DNA of 64,000 nucleotides from Okamejei kenojei (lineage: Eukaryota), in NCBI GenBank assembly GCA_035221665.1, contig JAVHYY010000123.1:1-64000 (forward strand), in the 5' to 3' direction. Every line of letters starts with the position of its first letter. Position 1 is the stretch's first letter. Shown in pieces: positions 62,722 to 64,000 of the stretch. Position numbers and translations under genes: made by a program. The notes beneath the pieces were generated by a model that searched no databases, was not told the DNA's origin, and was given only the letters and a program-made list of their open reading frames with translations.

Positions 62722-62966
62722 ACTTTCACACAGAGAGTGGTGAGTCTCTGGAATTCTCTGCCACAGAAGGTAGTTGAGGCCAGTTCATTGGCTATATTTA
62801 AGAGGGAGTTACTTGTGGCCCTTGTGGCTAAAGGGATCTGGGGATATGAAGAGAAGGCAGGTACAGGATACTGAGTTGAATGATCAGTCATGATCATATT
62901 GAATGGCGGTGCAGGCTCGAAGGGCCGAATGGCCTACTCCTGCACCTATTTTATATGTTTCTATGT
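62722..62966 (+). mobile_element. CR1 3' end, young family
   Basis: Nearly identical to 19540-19770. Confidence 0.9.
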
Positions 62967-63862
62967 AAATGCTCAGGTCAGGCAGCATCTGTGGAAAGAG
63001 AAATAAAGTTAATGTTTCAGTTTTGAGACACTAGGAAAGAATGAAAACGTGTTTGTTTTTGGTTACAGAGGAGAATGAGGTATGGATAGAACAAAGGGAA
63101 TTTCTTTGATAAGGTGAGACCAAGTGGGTTAATGTTGCCATTAGTGTCAGATTATGCTGCCTCTATGTTGCGTATTGTCTGCACTAGAATGTGAGACCAG
63201 CTCAGACTGTACTTATGGAGTGGAAAAATTGAACCAAAATCATAGATGGTGTCTAGTAGAAAATAGCCAGTTCATCTGATGCATGTGGCAAAATATTGCA
63301 TCCAGACGGCTCCCAGTTATCACTAAGATATTCACCCAAAACTCAATTTCATGGCCATATCTCCATGTTTTTTAATGCAAATGTCTCTACTTTAACTCAG
63401 AAGCATGAATTTAATCTCAAATTCACCCAAGCAAAAGCACAGCTCGGTTCGAATCCTGCTGTATTCCATACCAAATTCTTCAACGTTTGGTGACTCACTC
63501 TTACATTCTGTCTGCATCAGAACTGGTTATTTTTACTAGTTATCCATCTGTGATTTTGGCTCATTTTGTTTCTCCATTAGTACATGCACAACAATCCTGA
63601 ATTGTCAGCACATAAATTATGCTGTTTTGTCTATGTTATCTCCAACTACCACACCAACCGCTATGGTCTTTGACAGATTTCCTTTTCTGCTGTTATTGGC
63701 CTCCTATCTTCTCCGAGCCTGAAACAAACTTATTTTCTCTCTTTCCCATTTCTAATAGTCTTGGATTTGAAATAATAACCGTTCCTTTTTCCTCAGATGC
63801 TGCATATCCTGCTGGCTGTTTCCAGTATTTCAGATTTCCAGCATTTGTAATTTCTATTGATC

Positions 63863-63941
63863 TACTGAGCATATCTAAAATCTCCTCATTACTAACCTTA
63901 TGCAGTCCAGTCCCGTCTTTAGATTTTAGATATGCTCAGTA
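63863..63941. repeat. Perfect 21-bp inverted repeat with 37-nt spacer
   Basis: TACTGAGCATATCTAAAATCT / AGATTTTAGATATGCTCAGTA. Confidence 0.85.
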
Positions 63942-64000
63942 TATTATTCCTACGTCCTCTTGTAATTTGATGTGTGCAATATTCTATCCATGCTTTCATA

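Overview
Vertebrate genomic DNA, most likely a cartilaginous fish (skate/ray-like, inferred from HE1/V-type SINEs, CR1 and abundant Penelope-derived repeats). It holds a four-gene block in the same order and relative orientation as human 1q21.3: GABPB2 (minus strand, non-coding exon 1 plus 7 coding exons, ~16.4 kb to 3.1 kb), MLLT11/AF1q (minus, one coding exon at ~23.2-23.5 kb), CDC42SE1 (plus, head-to-head with MLLT11, 78 aa) and C1orf56/MENT (minus, 490 aa). Several stretches (about 3.2-6.5 kb and 23.2-26.5 kb) carry scattered indels that look like consensus errors and break GABPB2 and MLLT11. The rest is nested LINE/SINE/Penelope/MITE material plus large G-rich minisatellites. I see no wholly new gene system. 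The best leads are hammerhead-ribozyme-bearing Penelope mini-elements with 13-14 bp TSDs, a ~25-aa repeat domain in MENT, an apparently missing conserved GABPB exon, a promoter bracketed by opposite-skew G4 minisatellites, a CDC42SE1 uORF, and a 28-bp palindromic transposon remnant with an 8-bp TSD. Human comparisons are recalled from memory, not searched.
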